A model generated the notes under the pieces. The model ran no database searches. It had not been told where the DNA came from and saw only the letters and a list, made by a program, of their open reading frames with translations. From contig JBEDKT010000065.1 in assembly GCA_041172025.1 (NCBI GenBank), positions 1 to 37,126 of the forward strand: a stretch of DNA of 37,126 nt. The letters are read 5' to 3'. Position 1 is the stretch's first letter, and each line of letters starts with the position of its first letter. A program made the position numbers and the translations under genes. Below are positions 28,057 through 37,126 of this stretch, one piece after another. Source of the stretch: Bacteroidota bacterium. Its GTDB lineage: Bacteria > Bacteroidota > Bacteroidia > Chitinophagales > Chitinophagaceae.

Positions 28057-29292
28057 ATGATTTTTGCAATTATTGCATCACTTATTTTAATTGGATTTTT
28101 TTCTGGCTATGAAATTGGTTTCGTAAGTGCAAACCGATTAAGCTTAGAACTAAAGAAAAAACAGGGCAATAGGGCTGGGCAAATTATTGCTCGTTTCTTG
28201 CAAGCCCCTACTCAATTTATTGGCACATGTTTAATTGGGGTAAATATATCTTTAGTTGTTTTTGGAATTTTATTCGAGCAACTTTTGGAAGAACATGTTT
28301 GGGGAAAATTACAACTAAGTGAGTATTCCATATTACTAGGCAATACGGTGCTGTCTACACTAGTGATATTATTAATTGGCGAACTAGTGCCAAAAGCTAT
28401 ATTCAAAGCCAGGGCAGCCTCTATGATAACAAGGTTCGCTACCATTGCCAACTTCTTTCACTTGCTATTTAGTCCAATTACAAAAGTGATGGTTAACTTA
28501 GCTCAGTTTGTTTTGCAATACTTATTCAATGTTAAGGTAGTCAATCAAAAGGAAGCATTTTCAAAAGTAGATTTAGCTCATTTTATTCAGCAATCATCCG
28601 AGCAACAACAACAACAGGAGTTGAACACTGATTTGTTTGAAAATGCATTAAGCTTACCGGATATAAAAATTAGAGAATGCTTAGTACCCAGAACAGAAAT
28701 TGTTGGCATAGAAATAAATACTTCAATTGAAGAACTTAGGGCTGTGTTTGTAGAAACAAAATTAAGTAAGCTAATCGTATATGAAGATACGCTAGACACT
28801 ATTTTGGGTTATGTACACCAATTAGACTTGTTCAAGAAACCCAATAATATTAAGTCGGTATTACATCCTATTATTTTAGTTACAGAAAGCATGAATGCCG
28901 CCGACCTAATAAGTTTATTCTCTAAAAAAAGAAAAAGCATCGCTTGGGTAGTGGACGAGTTTGGAGGTACAGCAGGTATTGTTACCATGGAAGATGTATT
29001 AGAAGAAATTTTCGGCGAAATTGATGATGAATACGACGAACAAGAATTTCTGGAAAAACAATTATCTGAAACTGAATATATTTTTAGTGGCCGACTAGAA
29101 CTGGATTACTTATATGAAAAATATGGTATAGACTTCTCTGCTGACAATTCAGAGACCCTAAGTGGTTACCTTATTCACCGCCACGAAGCAATACCCAAAG
29201 TGCGCACAACCATACATCTAGACCATTTTGATGCCGAAATATTAGCAGTAAGCGATACTAGAATAGAAAAAGTAAAAATAAAAACCCACTAA
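28057..29292 (+). CDS. HlyC/CorC (CNNM-CBS-CorC) family transporter
   Basis: FFSGYE, GELVPK, CBS pair, VVDEFGGTAGIVTMEDVLEEIFGEI.DEYD. Confidence 0.92.
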   Translation: MIFAIIASLILIGFFSGYEIGFVSANRLSLELKKKQGNRAGQIIARFLQAPTQFIGTCLIGVNISLVVFGILFEQLLEEHVWGKLQLSEYSILLGNTVLSTLVILLIGELVPKAIFKARAASMITRFATIANFFHLLFSPITKVMVNLAQFVLQYLFNVKVVNQKEAFSKVDLAHFIQQSSEQQQQQELNTDLFENALSLPDIKIRECLVPRTEIVGIEINTSIEELRAVFVETKLSKLIVYEDTLDTILGYVHQLDLFKKPNNIKSVLHPIILVTESMNAADLISLFSKKRKSIAWVVDEFGGTAGIVTMEDVLEEIFGEIDDEYDEQEFLEKQLSETEYIFSGRLELDYLYEKYGIDFSADNSETLSGYLIHRHEAIPKVRTTIHLDHFDAEILAVSDTRIEKVKIKTH

Positions 29293-29363
29293 TACTATTT
29301 TTAGCATTTGGCTTCCCGTTTTCCGCTATAAGCCTTAACTTTAATGCTCATTGATAACTATTC

Positions 29364-30215
29364 ATGGCACTATTTGATAGATTTAGTAAAAACGACCAAT
29401 CGGAGATGTCATTCATTGATCATCTCGAAGTATTAAGAGGCACTATTGTACGTTCTCTTTTAGCAATAATAATTACCTCGCTTACCGTCTTTATTTTTAG
29501 GGACTGGATTATGGATAATGTAATTACAGGACCTATTAATCCCGACTTTATTACTTATCGTTTTTTTTGTGACCTAAGCCATCAATTGCATTTAGGCCAA
29601 GCATTATGTATGCCTCCGGTAAAAGTGTCTATGCAAAGCACCACTTTTGGCGGGCAGTTTATGAGTAGCATTAGTATGGCTTTTGTGGGGGGACTTATTA
29701 TTTCCTTTCCGTATATATTTCATCAAATTTGGGCATTTGTAAAACCAGCTTTAAAAGAGAAAGAATTAAAGAATACGCGCTTCATGATTTTCTGGGTTTC
29801 TTTCTTCTTCTTTATGGGCGCTGCATTTGGCTTTTTTGTACTTGGGCCATTCACTTTTAATTTTTTAGCAAGCTTCCAATTAGGTACAAGGGGCGTGATT
29901 ACCACAATCCCTACATTTGCCGATTACCTTGACAACTTAACCAATCTAATACTTGGTTGTGGCATCGCATTTGAATTACCTGTGATTGTGTTCTTGCTAA
30001 CCAAAATAGGCATTATTACCCCAAAATTTTTATCTACTACGCGTAAATATGCTGCTGTAATTATCTTAATTATTGCAGCATTTATAACACCTAGCCCCGA
30101 CTGGTATAGTCAAGCATTGGTGTTTATTCCATTGTATACTTTATTTGAGTTTAGTATTATAGTGTCAAGGTGGGCACACAAGTCGGTTAAAAAAGAAGAT
30201 GAAGAATGGGATTAG
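29364..30215 (+). CDS. tatC: Twin-arginine translocase subunit TatC
   Basis: MSFIDHLEVLR, W.FVKPAL, FELP, RKYA, AAFITPSPD. Confidence 0.96.
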   Translation: MALFDRFSKNDQSEMSFIDHLEVLRGTIVRSLLAIIITSLTVFIFRDWIMDNVITGPINPDFITYRFFCDLSHQLHLGQALCMPPVKVSMQSTTFGGQFMSSISMAFVGGLIISFPYIFHQIWAFVKPALKEKELKNTRFMIFWVSFFFFMGAAFGFFVLGPFTFNFLASFQLGTRGVITTIPTFADYLDNLTNLILGCGIAFELPVIVFLLTKIGIITPKFLSTTRKYAAVIILIIAAFITPSPDWYSQALVFIPLYTLFEFSIIVSRWAHKSVKKEDEEWD

Positions 30216-30261
30216 TAGTTAATCCATTAATTATATTTACTTAACAATTGAATTATACCTT

Positions 30262-30717
30262 ATGTCATTTGTATTTGATACAACCAAACCTATTGCCCTT
30301 GGTGCAGACCATGCGGGAGTTGATTACAAAAATGAAGTTAAAAACTGGCTTCAAGAAAAAGGCTACACCGTGAAAGATTTTGGAACAGCAAATGGCGACT
30401 CGGTAGACTATCCCGACTTTGCGCATCCAACAGCAACTAGTGTTGAAACCGGCGAAGCTGCATTTGGCATTTTGTTTTGCGGCAGTGCAAATGGAGTTGC
30501 CATTACGGCAAATAAACATGCTGGCATACGTGCTGGATTATGTTGGCAAACAGAAATAGCTGAATTAACTAGATTGCATAATGACGCAAATATGATTTGT
30601 GTACCTGCACGTTATGTAACCATAGAATTAGCAAAAGAAATGATTGAAAAATTTATGACTACTCCTTTTGAAGGCGGTCGTCATCAAAACCGTGTTAATA
30701 AAATACATTGTAATTAA
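30262..30717 (+). CDS. rpiB: Ribose 5-phosphate isomerase B
   Basis: GADHAG, SVDYPDF, CGSANG, ANK, HNDAN, FEGGRH.NRV. Confidence 0.96.
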   Translation: MSFVFDTTKPIALGADHAGVDYKNEVKNWLQEKGYTVKDFGTANGDSVDYPDFAHPTATSVETGEAAFGILFCGSANGVAITANKHAGIRAGLCWQTEIAELTRLHNDANMICVPARYVTIELAKEMIEKFMTTPFEGGRHQNRVNKIHCN

Positions 30718-30736
30718 CCCCAACTAAAATTGTACT

Positions 30737-32284
30737 ATGAAAAAATTGATTTGGATCTTTTTATTGCTTGTGAGCAATTTGGTTATTGCGCAAAAAGCAG
30801 AAGACCTAACAAAATTCGGAACAGTAATCACTCAACAAGGATTGAAAGAAAAACTTTCAATTATTGCAAGTCCAGAAATGGAAGGCCGTGAAACAGCTAC
30901 ACCAGGACAAAAACGTGCTGCAGCTTATATTGAAGGGCAGTTTAAAAAAATGGGACTGAAGCCAGGAAATGGAGACAGCTACCAACAAACTTATCCAGTA
31001 TATATTGATGCTATCACTGAAAAGAAATTATCAGTAAACGGCCGTTCTTTTGAATGGGACAAAGACTATAATTTCAATTTACAAATTATTGGCAAGGGGG
31101 ATTGGAACTTTGCTAGCTCCGTGTTTGCAGGTTATGGAATTGTAGATTCTGCAAAAGGAATTAATGATTATGCAAACCTAGATGTTAAAGGTAAATTGGT
31201 GTTTATCTTAGAAGGTAGCGCAACTGGCATGCCAACAATGGGTGTTGGAGGTAATAGAGCAATGAATGCTAATCCTGCATCTACTAACTCAAAAATGAGA
31301 GTAGCTATTGCAAAAGGTGCAGCTGCATTATTTATTGTATCAGCCGACTTCCCGCGTAAAAATACCACACCTGTAAAAGGAAATATGTATGTAAAGCCAA
31401 ATAATAATCCAGGATTTGCTATGGCAAATATTTCTGCCGAAGTAGCTGCTGCAATGATAGGAAGTAGCATTAAAGTAAGCATGGCCGATTTCGCAGGCAT
31501 TAAAAAGGGTGTTTATACGGCTGCAACAAATGTAGTTGCAAATAAAGTAACTGAAAATTTAGAAAGTAGCAATGTTATAGGTATTATACCTGGCACTGAT
31601 AAGAAAGACGAATACCTTTTCCTTACTGGTCACTACGACCATTTAGGCAAGAGAGGCGATGTTATTTATTACGGCGCTGATGATGATGGTTCAGGTACGG
31701 TGAGTGTAATGCAAATGGCAGAAGCTTTTGCGACTGCTGCAAAAAAAGGAAAAGGCCCACGCAGAACTGTTGTATGCTTAATTGTAAGTGGGGAGGAAAA
31801 AGGACTTTGGGGTTCAGACTATTATGCTGAACATCCAATATTTCCAATGGAAAAAACAACTGCCGATTTAAATACCGATATGGTTGGTCGTGTAGATACT
31901 GAGCGCTTAACTGCTGATTCTTTAAACTATATATACGTAATTGGACATGATAAATTGAGTACCGATTTACCAATTATTAACGAAGCAGCTAATAAATTGT
32001 CTAGCAACTTAGTATTAGATTACAAGTACGACGATCCGGCTGATAAGAATATGATTTACTACCGCAGTGATCACTATAATTTCGCACGCAAAGGGGTACC
32101 TGTATTGTTCTATTATGACGGTATGTTACAATCGGACTACCACAAGCCAACAGATACTATTGAGAAAATTAATTTTGACTTAATGCAAAGAAGAGTATTG
32201 ATGGTTTATTATACTGCATGTGAAATTGCAAATAGAGAAGACATGTTAAAAAGAGATTTGAAATTGAATATGCCCGCTCGTTAG
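30737..32284 (+). CDS. M28 family metallo-aminopeptidase with PA domain
   Basis: Signal peptide; GHYDHLG, GADDDGSG, GEEKGL.GS, N.DMVGR, RSDH, DYHKPTD. Confidence 0.93.
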   Translation: MKKLIWIFLLLVSNLVIAQKAEDLTKFGTVITQQGLKEKLSIIASPEMEGRETATPGQKRAAAYIEGQFKKMGLKPGNGDSYQQTYPVYIDAITEKKLSVNGRSFEWDKDYNFNLQIIGKGDWNFASSVFAGYGIVDSAKGINDYANLDVKGKLVFILEGSATGMPTMGVGGNRAMNANPASTNSKMRVAIAKGAAALFIVSADFPRKNTTPVKGNMYVKPNNNPGFAMANISAEVAAAMIGSSIKVSMADFAGIKKGVYTAATNVVANKVTENLESSNVIGIIPGTDKKDEYLFLTGHYDHLGKRGDVIYYGADDDGSGTVSVMQMAEAFATAAKKGKGPRRTVVCLIVSGEEKGLWGSDYYAEHPIFPMEKTTADLNTDMVGRVDTERLTADSLNYIYVIGHDKLSTDLPIINEAANKLSSNLVLDYKYDDPADKNMIYYRSDHYNFARKGVPVLFYYDGMLQSDYHKPTDTIEKINFDLMQRRVLMVYYTACEIANREDMLKRDLKLNMPAR

Positions 32285-32302
32285 ACCTACTTTAACAAGC
32301 TA

Positions 32303-32344
32303 AAATAAAGAAGCCCCCCGATTGATCGGGGGGCTTCTTTATTT
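32303..32344. terminator. Bidirectional intrinsic terminator
   Basis: Perfect 20-bp inverted repeat AAATAAAGAAGCCCCCCGAT-TG-ATCGGGGGGCTTCTTTATTT between convergent genes. Confidence 0.9.
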
Positions 32345-33319
32345 CTAATGACCAAGTATGTATGCGAAAATAAGTGGTACCACTATTGTAGCATCACTTT
32401 CGACAATAAATTTTGGTGTATGAATATCTAATTTACCCCAAGTGATTTTTTCGTTAGGAACCGCTCCTGAATACGACCCGTAAGAAGTAGTACTGTCACT
32501 CACTTGACAGAAATAGCTCCAAAAAGGAACATCATGCCATTCTAAATCCTGGTACATCATTGGTACTACACAAATTGGGAAGTCACCAGCAATACCGCCA
32601 CCCACTTGGAAAAATCCTACACCCTTTCCGCCACTGTTTGCTCTGTACCACTCGGTTAAATAAACCATGTATTCAATACCGTTTTTAACAGTGCTTGCTT
32701 TTAATTCATTCTTAATTACATAGCTCGCAAAAATATTACCGGTAGTGCTATCCTCCCAACCTGGAACCACAATAGGAATATTCTTTTTTGCAGCAGCTAC
32801 TATCCAGCTATCCTTAGGATCGATCTCATAGTATTGCTCTAGCTCCCCACTCAAAATAACTTGATACATAAATTCATGTGGAAAATAACGCTCCCCTTTT
32901 GCTTCCGCTTCTTTCCAAAACTTAACAATATGCTTTTGTAACCTTCTAAATGCTTCTTCTTCCGGAATACAAGTATCAGTTACACGGTTGTAATGGTTTT
33001 CTAATAAGTCCCACTCATCCTGAGGGGTTAAATCTCTATAATTAGGCACTCTTTTGTAGTGGCTATGTGCAACCAGGTTCATCACGTCTTCCTCTAGGTT
33101 AGCACCCGTACAACTTATAATGGCAATTTTGTCTTGGCGGATCATTTCGGCCAAGCTAATTCCTAACTCAGCAGTACTCATCGCACCTGCTAAGCTTACT
33201 AGCATTTTACCACCCTCTAATAAATGGGTTTCATACCCTTTTGCGGCATCCACTAGGGCAGCAGCATTAAAATGTCTATACTGGTGTTCTATAAACTGGG
33301 AAACTGGACCTTTGCTCAT
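32345..33319 (-). CDS. Deoxyhypusine synthase-like protein (probable homospermidine synthase)
   Basis: LAGAMSTAELG, TGANLEED, GGG, SGAVPNEKITWGK (catalytic-Lys motif WGK); start ATG 33319; TACTTTTG -7 element at 33344-33337. Confidence 0.9.
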   Translation of the reverse strand: MSKGPVSQFIEHQYRHFNAAALVDAAKGYETHLLEGGKMLVSLAGAMSTAELGISLAEMIRQDKIAIISCTGANLEEDVMNLVAHSHYKRVPNYRDLTPQDEWDLLENHYNRVTDTCIPEEEAFRRLQKHIVKFWKEAEAKGERYFPHEFMYQVILSGELEQYYEIDPKDSWIVAAAKKNIPIVVPGWEDSTTGNIFASYVIKNELKASTVKNGIEYMVYLTEWYRANSGGKGVGFFQVGGGIAGDFPICVVPMMYQDLEWHDVPFWSYFCQVSDSTTSYGSYSGAVPNEKITWGKLDIHTPKFIVESDATIVVPLIFAYILGH

Positions 33320-33428
33320 TGCTTTATGATTTAGTGCAAAAGTAATTTTTTTTAGGACATATTCCCAATAACTACAAAACACGGTAAAACACAAAATTTA
33401 GTACCTTGTAGCACCTTTAAATCAAGTT

Positions 33429-34091
33429 ATGAATACCAAAAAATATGGTCCTTGGATAGTAGCCCTCCTATTATCGGTGCCCTTAATATATAGTGTTGTT
33501 ATATATCCAAATTTGCCGAGTCAAATTCCTACCCATTTTAATATCGAAGGAAAGCCAGATGCCTGGGGTGGACCAGCAAGTATATTTTTAGGACCTGGAA
33601 TTATGGGTGCTGTGAGTATTTTTATTTATACCCTAATGACGAATTTGAAATCTATTGATCCCAAAAAGTACGACGCCTCAAATGACACACTTTATACCAA
33701 TTTTGCATTAATCACAGTTGCATTTTTATGTATGTTAAGCGTTTTAATTATTTATGCAACAACGCATGACCAGATAAATATTGGAAACAATATCTTGCCA
33801 TTAATAGGAATTGCATTTGCTGGGCTTGGTTGGTATATGCCTAAGTTTAAGCAAAATTATTTTGTTGGTTTTAAATTACCTTGGACACTAGAAAACGAAG
33901 ACAACTGGAATGAAACACATAAGGTTGCAGGTAAGGTTTGGTTAATTGGGGGTTTATTTCAGGCAATCGCTTCATTCACACTGTCAAGTAAATTAGGATT
34001 TATCTGCTTTATAACAGCAACAGCAATTATGGTAATTATCCCAACCATATTCTCTTATCGAATGTTTAAAAATGGAAATATTATCAAATAA
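33429..34091 (+). CDS. SdpI/YhfL family membrane protein (DUF1648 + SdpI)
   Basis: LPSQIPTHFNIEGKPDAWG, N.FVGFKLPWTLENEDNW.ETHKVAG; about 6 TM helices. Confidence 0.88.
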   Translation: MNTKKYGPWIVALLLSVPLIYSVVIYPNLPSQIPTHFNIEGKPDAWGGPASIFLGPGIMGAVSIFIYTLMTNLKSIDPKKYDASNDTLYTNFALITVAFLCMLSVLIIYATTHDQINIGNNILPLIGIAFAGLGWYMPKFKQNYFVGFKLPWTLENEDNWNETHKVAGKVWLIGGLFQAIASFTLSSKLGFICFITATAIMVIIPTIFSYRMFKNGNIIK

Positions 34092-34101
34092 AAATACAGC
34101 T

Positions 34102-35253
34102 ATGAATAATAAAAATAACTTGGGCACTAAATTTATACATGCAGGTGCACATCCCGATCCTAGTACAGGTGCAATCATGACACCTATCTATCAAACATCT
34201 ACTTACGTACAATCCGCTCCTGGCGTGCACAAGGGGTATGAATACGCAAGAAGCCAAAACCCAACAAGGTTTGCATTAGAAGAAGCATTTGCAGTAATTG
34301 AAAATGGAAAATATGGTCTTGCTTTTGCAAGTGGTGTAGCGGCAACGGATGCAGTTATGCGCTTATTAGTACCTGGTGACGAAGTCATTGCAGCACATGA
34401 TATGTATGGAGGATCTTTCCGTTTGTTTTCAAAAGTGCACGAAAAAATGGGCATCAAGTTTGTATATGTAGATACTTCTAATGCAGAAAATGTAGCAAAC
34501 GCAATTAGCCCAGCAACAAAATTAATATGGGTAGAAACACCAACAAACCCATTGATGAATATTACGGACATAGAAGCTGTTTCGGCAATTGGTAAAAAAC
34601 ACAATTGTATTGTATGCGTTGACAATACATTTGCTTCTCCTTATTTGCAAAACCCATTGGATTTTGGCGCAACTATTGTAATGCATTCCGCTACTAAATA
34701 TTTAGGGGGGCATAGTGATGTTATCCAAGGTTGTTTAGTAATGAATGACGAAACCTTGCGAGACCAATTATATTTTATTCAAAAAAGTACAGGTGCCGTT
34801 CCTGGACCCCAGGATTGCTTTTTGGTATTAAGAGGCATAAAGACACTACATGTAAGAATGCAAAGGCATTGTGAGAATGGAGAAAAAGTAGCTGCCTATT
34901 TACGTAACCATCCAAAAGTGTCAAGAGTATACTGGTGTGGGTTTTCAGACCATCCTAATCACGATATTGCTAAAAAACAGATGCGTGGCTTTGGTGGAAT
35001 GATGAGTTTCACTTTAAAAGACGACAGCATAGCTGCGGCAACTAAAGTATTGTCCAGTACCAAAATATTTTCCTTAGCAGAAAGCTTGGGTGGTGTAGAA
35101 TCCTTAATTAACCACCCTGCAAGTATGACACATGCGTCTATACCTCGTGAACAAAGAATTGCTAACGGCCTTACAGATGGCTTAATTCGTTTAAGTGTAG
35201 GTATTGAAGATGCAGAAGATATTATCGCTGACTTAGCACAAGCTATTGGATAA
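34102..35253 (+). CDS. Cys/Met metabolism PLP enzyme (cystathionine gamma-synthase/lyase)
   Basis: PIYQTSTY, Y.RSQNPTR, ETPTNP, VDNTF, PLP-Lys SATKYLGGHSD, AESLGGVESL; start ATG 34102. Confidence 0.93.
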   Translation: MNNKNNLGTKFIHAGAHPDPSTGAIMTPIYQTSTYVQSAPGVHKGYEYARSQNPTRFALEEAFAVIENGKYGLAFASGVAATDAVMRLLVPGDEVIAAHDMYGGSFRLFSKVHEKMGIKFVYVDTSNAENVANAISPATKLIWVETPTNPLMNITDIEAVSAIGKKHNCIVCVDNTFASPYLQNPLDFGATIVMHSATKYLGGHSDVIQGCLVMNDETLRDQLYFIQKSTGAVPGPQDCFLVLRGIKTLHVRMQRHCENGEKVAAYLRNHPKVSRVYWCGFSDHPNHDIAKKQMRGFGGMMSFTLKDDSIAAATKVLSSTKIFSLAESLGGVESLINHPASMTHASIPREQRIANGLTDGLIRLSVGIEDAEDIIADLAQAIG

Positions 35254-35292
35254 AAAATGATAGTATTAATTTAGAAATGGATAATTGATTAT

Positions 35293-36078
35293 GTGAATAC
35301 ACAGCAAGAGATTAAAAAAGTTTTAGACCAAAAAGTAAAGCAATACAATAAGTTTGATTTTATAGAGAAAGATCCTATTTGTATTCCTCATGCATATACA
35401 AAGCAGCAAGATATTGAGATTGCTGGCTTTTTTGCAGCTATTTTTGCATGGGGCAACCGTACTACCATTATCAATAAAAGCAAAGAACTGTTGCAAAGAA
35501 TGGACAATGCACCATATGATTTTTGCACACAACACGGGCCCAAGGATTTAAAAAAACTACTAGGGTTTGTACATCGTACTTTTAACGATACCGATTTACT
35601 ATATACCATTGAATTTTTTAAACACCATTACAACAAAAACGAAACCTTAGAGAACGCGTTTTTTAAAAATCAAATTACCCACAAGAAGATTGATAACATC
35701 GAATCGGCACTGAATCACTTTCAATCTTATTTCATGTCATTGGAAGATGCCCCACACCGAACTAAAAAACACATTGCAAGTCCTAATTCGGGTTCAACTT
35801 GTAAACGATTAAATATGTATTTACGCTGGATGGTTCGAAAGGATAAACAAGGCGTTGACTTTGGCATATGGGATGCTGTAAAGCCAGCGGAATTAATTAT
35901 ACCTATTGATGTACATGTAGCAAGAGTTTCCAGGGCACTAGGCATTTTAAAAAGACCACAAACAGACTGGCAAGCTGCGTTGGAATTAACGGAATATTGT
36001 CGAACTTTGAATCCTAAGGATCCCGTGAAATACGACTTCGCCTTATTTAGCTTAGGGGTCATTGAAAAATTCAACTAA
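35293..36078 (+). CDS. TIGR02757 (DUF2400) family protein
   Basis: DPI.IPH, AWGNR, FVHRTFN, CKRLNMYLRWMVR.D..GVDFG.W, IPIDVHV, DPVKYDFALF; GTG start. Confidence 0.88.
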   Translation: MNTQQEIKKVLDQKVKQYNKFDFIEKDPICIPHAYTKQQDIEIAGFFAAIFAWGNRTTIINKSKELLQRMDNAPYDFCTQHGPKDLKKLLGFVHRTFNDTDLLYTIEFFKHHYNKNETLENAFFKNQITHKKIDNIESALNHFQSYFMSLEDAPHRTKKHIASPNSGSTCKRLNMYLRWMVRKDKQGVDFGIWDAVKPAELIIPIDVHVARVSRALGILKRPQTDWQAALELTEYCRTLNPKDPVKYDFALFSLGVIEKFN

Positions 36079-36413
36079 TGGAAATAAGTTTATTGGAGTT
36101 AGAAAAATTATCTACTTCACAATTAGAAGACTTTATTAACGAATGTATTAAAAGCGATTTTTCAAGGTTAGTTCAATTGCTTTATAGGATAGATGTATCG
36201 GAACAAAAATTAAAAACAATTTTACTAGCAAACCCGAACGAAGATGCAGGAAAACTTATTGCTTCCGTTATAGTAGAGAGGCTAGCTGCAACCAAAGAAG
36301 CTAGGGAAAGTTTTTCTAATCAAAATCCTAAATTACAAAGCAGCGAGGATAGTAGAACAGAAAATAATAACACAGCTTTCAATTCAGATGACGAAGGTGC
36401 TGAACGCTTATAA
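36078..36413 (+). CDS. Hypothetical protein
   Basis: Coupled to the upstream gene by a TAATG overlap; DF.RLVQLLYRIDVSE.KL core followed by an acidic tail. Confidence 0.75.
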   Translation: MEISLLELEKLSTSQLEDFINECIKSDFSRLVQLLYRIDVSEQKLKTILLANPNEDAGKLIASVIVERLAATKEARESFSNQNPKLQSSEDSRTENNNTAFNSDDEGAERL

Positions 36414-36423
36414 ACTCACTTCT

Positions 36424-37122
36424 TTATAAATCTCCTTTTTGCGGACGCATTACAATATCTTCTACAACTGCTTGTGGGCTTAAATGTGCAGCAGCAAAAA
36501 TCATTTTAGCAATATCTTCTGCCTCCATAATGCGTTCCAAACTTACACCGCTGTCCTTCCAGCTATTCGTATAAGTTGCTCCAGGGCATACTGCGGTAAC
36601 TTTAATTCCACTATCCTTCAGTTCCATTCTTAAGTTTTTAGAAAACCCTAATAGTGCAAACTTACTAATGCTATACGACCCCCCGTTTGCATAGGCATTT
36701 AAAGAAGCAATTGAACAAATATTAAAAATATGTCCTTTAGTTCGTTTTAACATTGCAGGAAGTAAAGCACGTGTAGTATGATAAGCCGAATATAAATTTG
36801 AAGCCATTTGTTTTTCTAAAACCTCGTCCGCCTCGTCTTGAATATTACCCGGCAAAAAGAACCCTGCATTGTTTACTAAAATATCAGGAGCCCCCTTTTC
36901 TAAACACCAATCCGCAAACGCAACACATTCTTGTTTAACAGACAAGTCGGCTGACATTGCATGAACAATTGCCTGAGGGAACTGGCTCGTAAGTTGCTCC
37001 TTGGCGAGTTGTATATTTCCTGGTGTCTTACTGCATAACAATAAAGTGTGCCCCTCCTTTGCAAATGCCGCTGCAATTGCAAACCCTATCCCTTGTGAAG
37101 CACCGGTAATAACTACATTCAT
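36424..37122 (-). CDS. SDR family NAD(P)-dependent oxidoreductase
   Basis: TGASQGIG, LVNNAG, catalytic YSISK. Confidence 0.95.
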   Translation of the reverse strand: MNVVITGASQGIGFAIAAAFAKEGHTLLLCSKTPGNIQLAKEQLTSQFPQAIVHAMSADLSVKQECVAFADWCLEKGAPDILVNNAGFFLPGNIQDEADEVLEKQMASNLYSAYHTTRALLPAMLKRTKGHIFNICSIASLNAYANGGSYSISKFALLGFSKNLRMELKDSGIKVTAVCPGATYTNSWKDSGVSLERIMEAEDIAKMIFAAAHLSPQAVVEDIVMRPQKGDL

Positions 37123-37126
37123 GTTC

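Noticed and set aside
28603-28617. (CAA)4CAG poly-Gln run in the CorC gene
   Set aside because: Short in-frame triplet repeat in a linker; it cannot cause phase variation
7602-36078. Apparent clustering of DNA-repair genes and of B12/methionine genes as one system
   Set aside because: The genes are scattered across separate transcription units among unrelated housekeeping genes, as expected for a shuffled core genome

Overview
Gene-dense, AT-rich core-chromosome segment of a Bacteroidota bacterium. The phylum call rests on TAnnTTTG -7 promoters, largely SD-less starts, a split metH, bTHX and a DHS-like gene; a Chitinophagaceae-like origin is an inference. It holds about 36 housekeeping, envelope, DNA-repair and metabolic genes, including serS, gcvH, kup, a UvrD-PD-(D/E)XK helicase-nuclease, recR, two-part metH, xth, HU, meaB, coaX, lptC, tatC and rpiB. 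I saw no mobile elements, CRISPR arrays, tRNA or rRNA. The strongest novelty candidate is non-coding: the ~125-nt leader of metH (13520-13647). It folds into a multi-stem structure with a GNRA-capped helix, has a mutually exclusive 17/19-bp alternative helix, and fits no SAM, SAH or cobalamin riboswitch consensus that I can recognise by eye. Other points: three terminators share a CCCGA-N4-TCGGG core, a ribosomal protein THX gene was missed by the ORF track, two mRNAs may be leaderless, the hup upstream region is motif-rich, and the helicase-nuclease has a variant Fe-S cysteine pattern.
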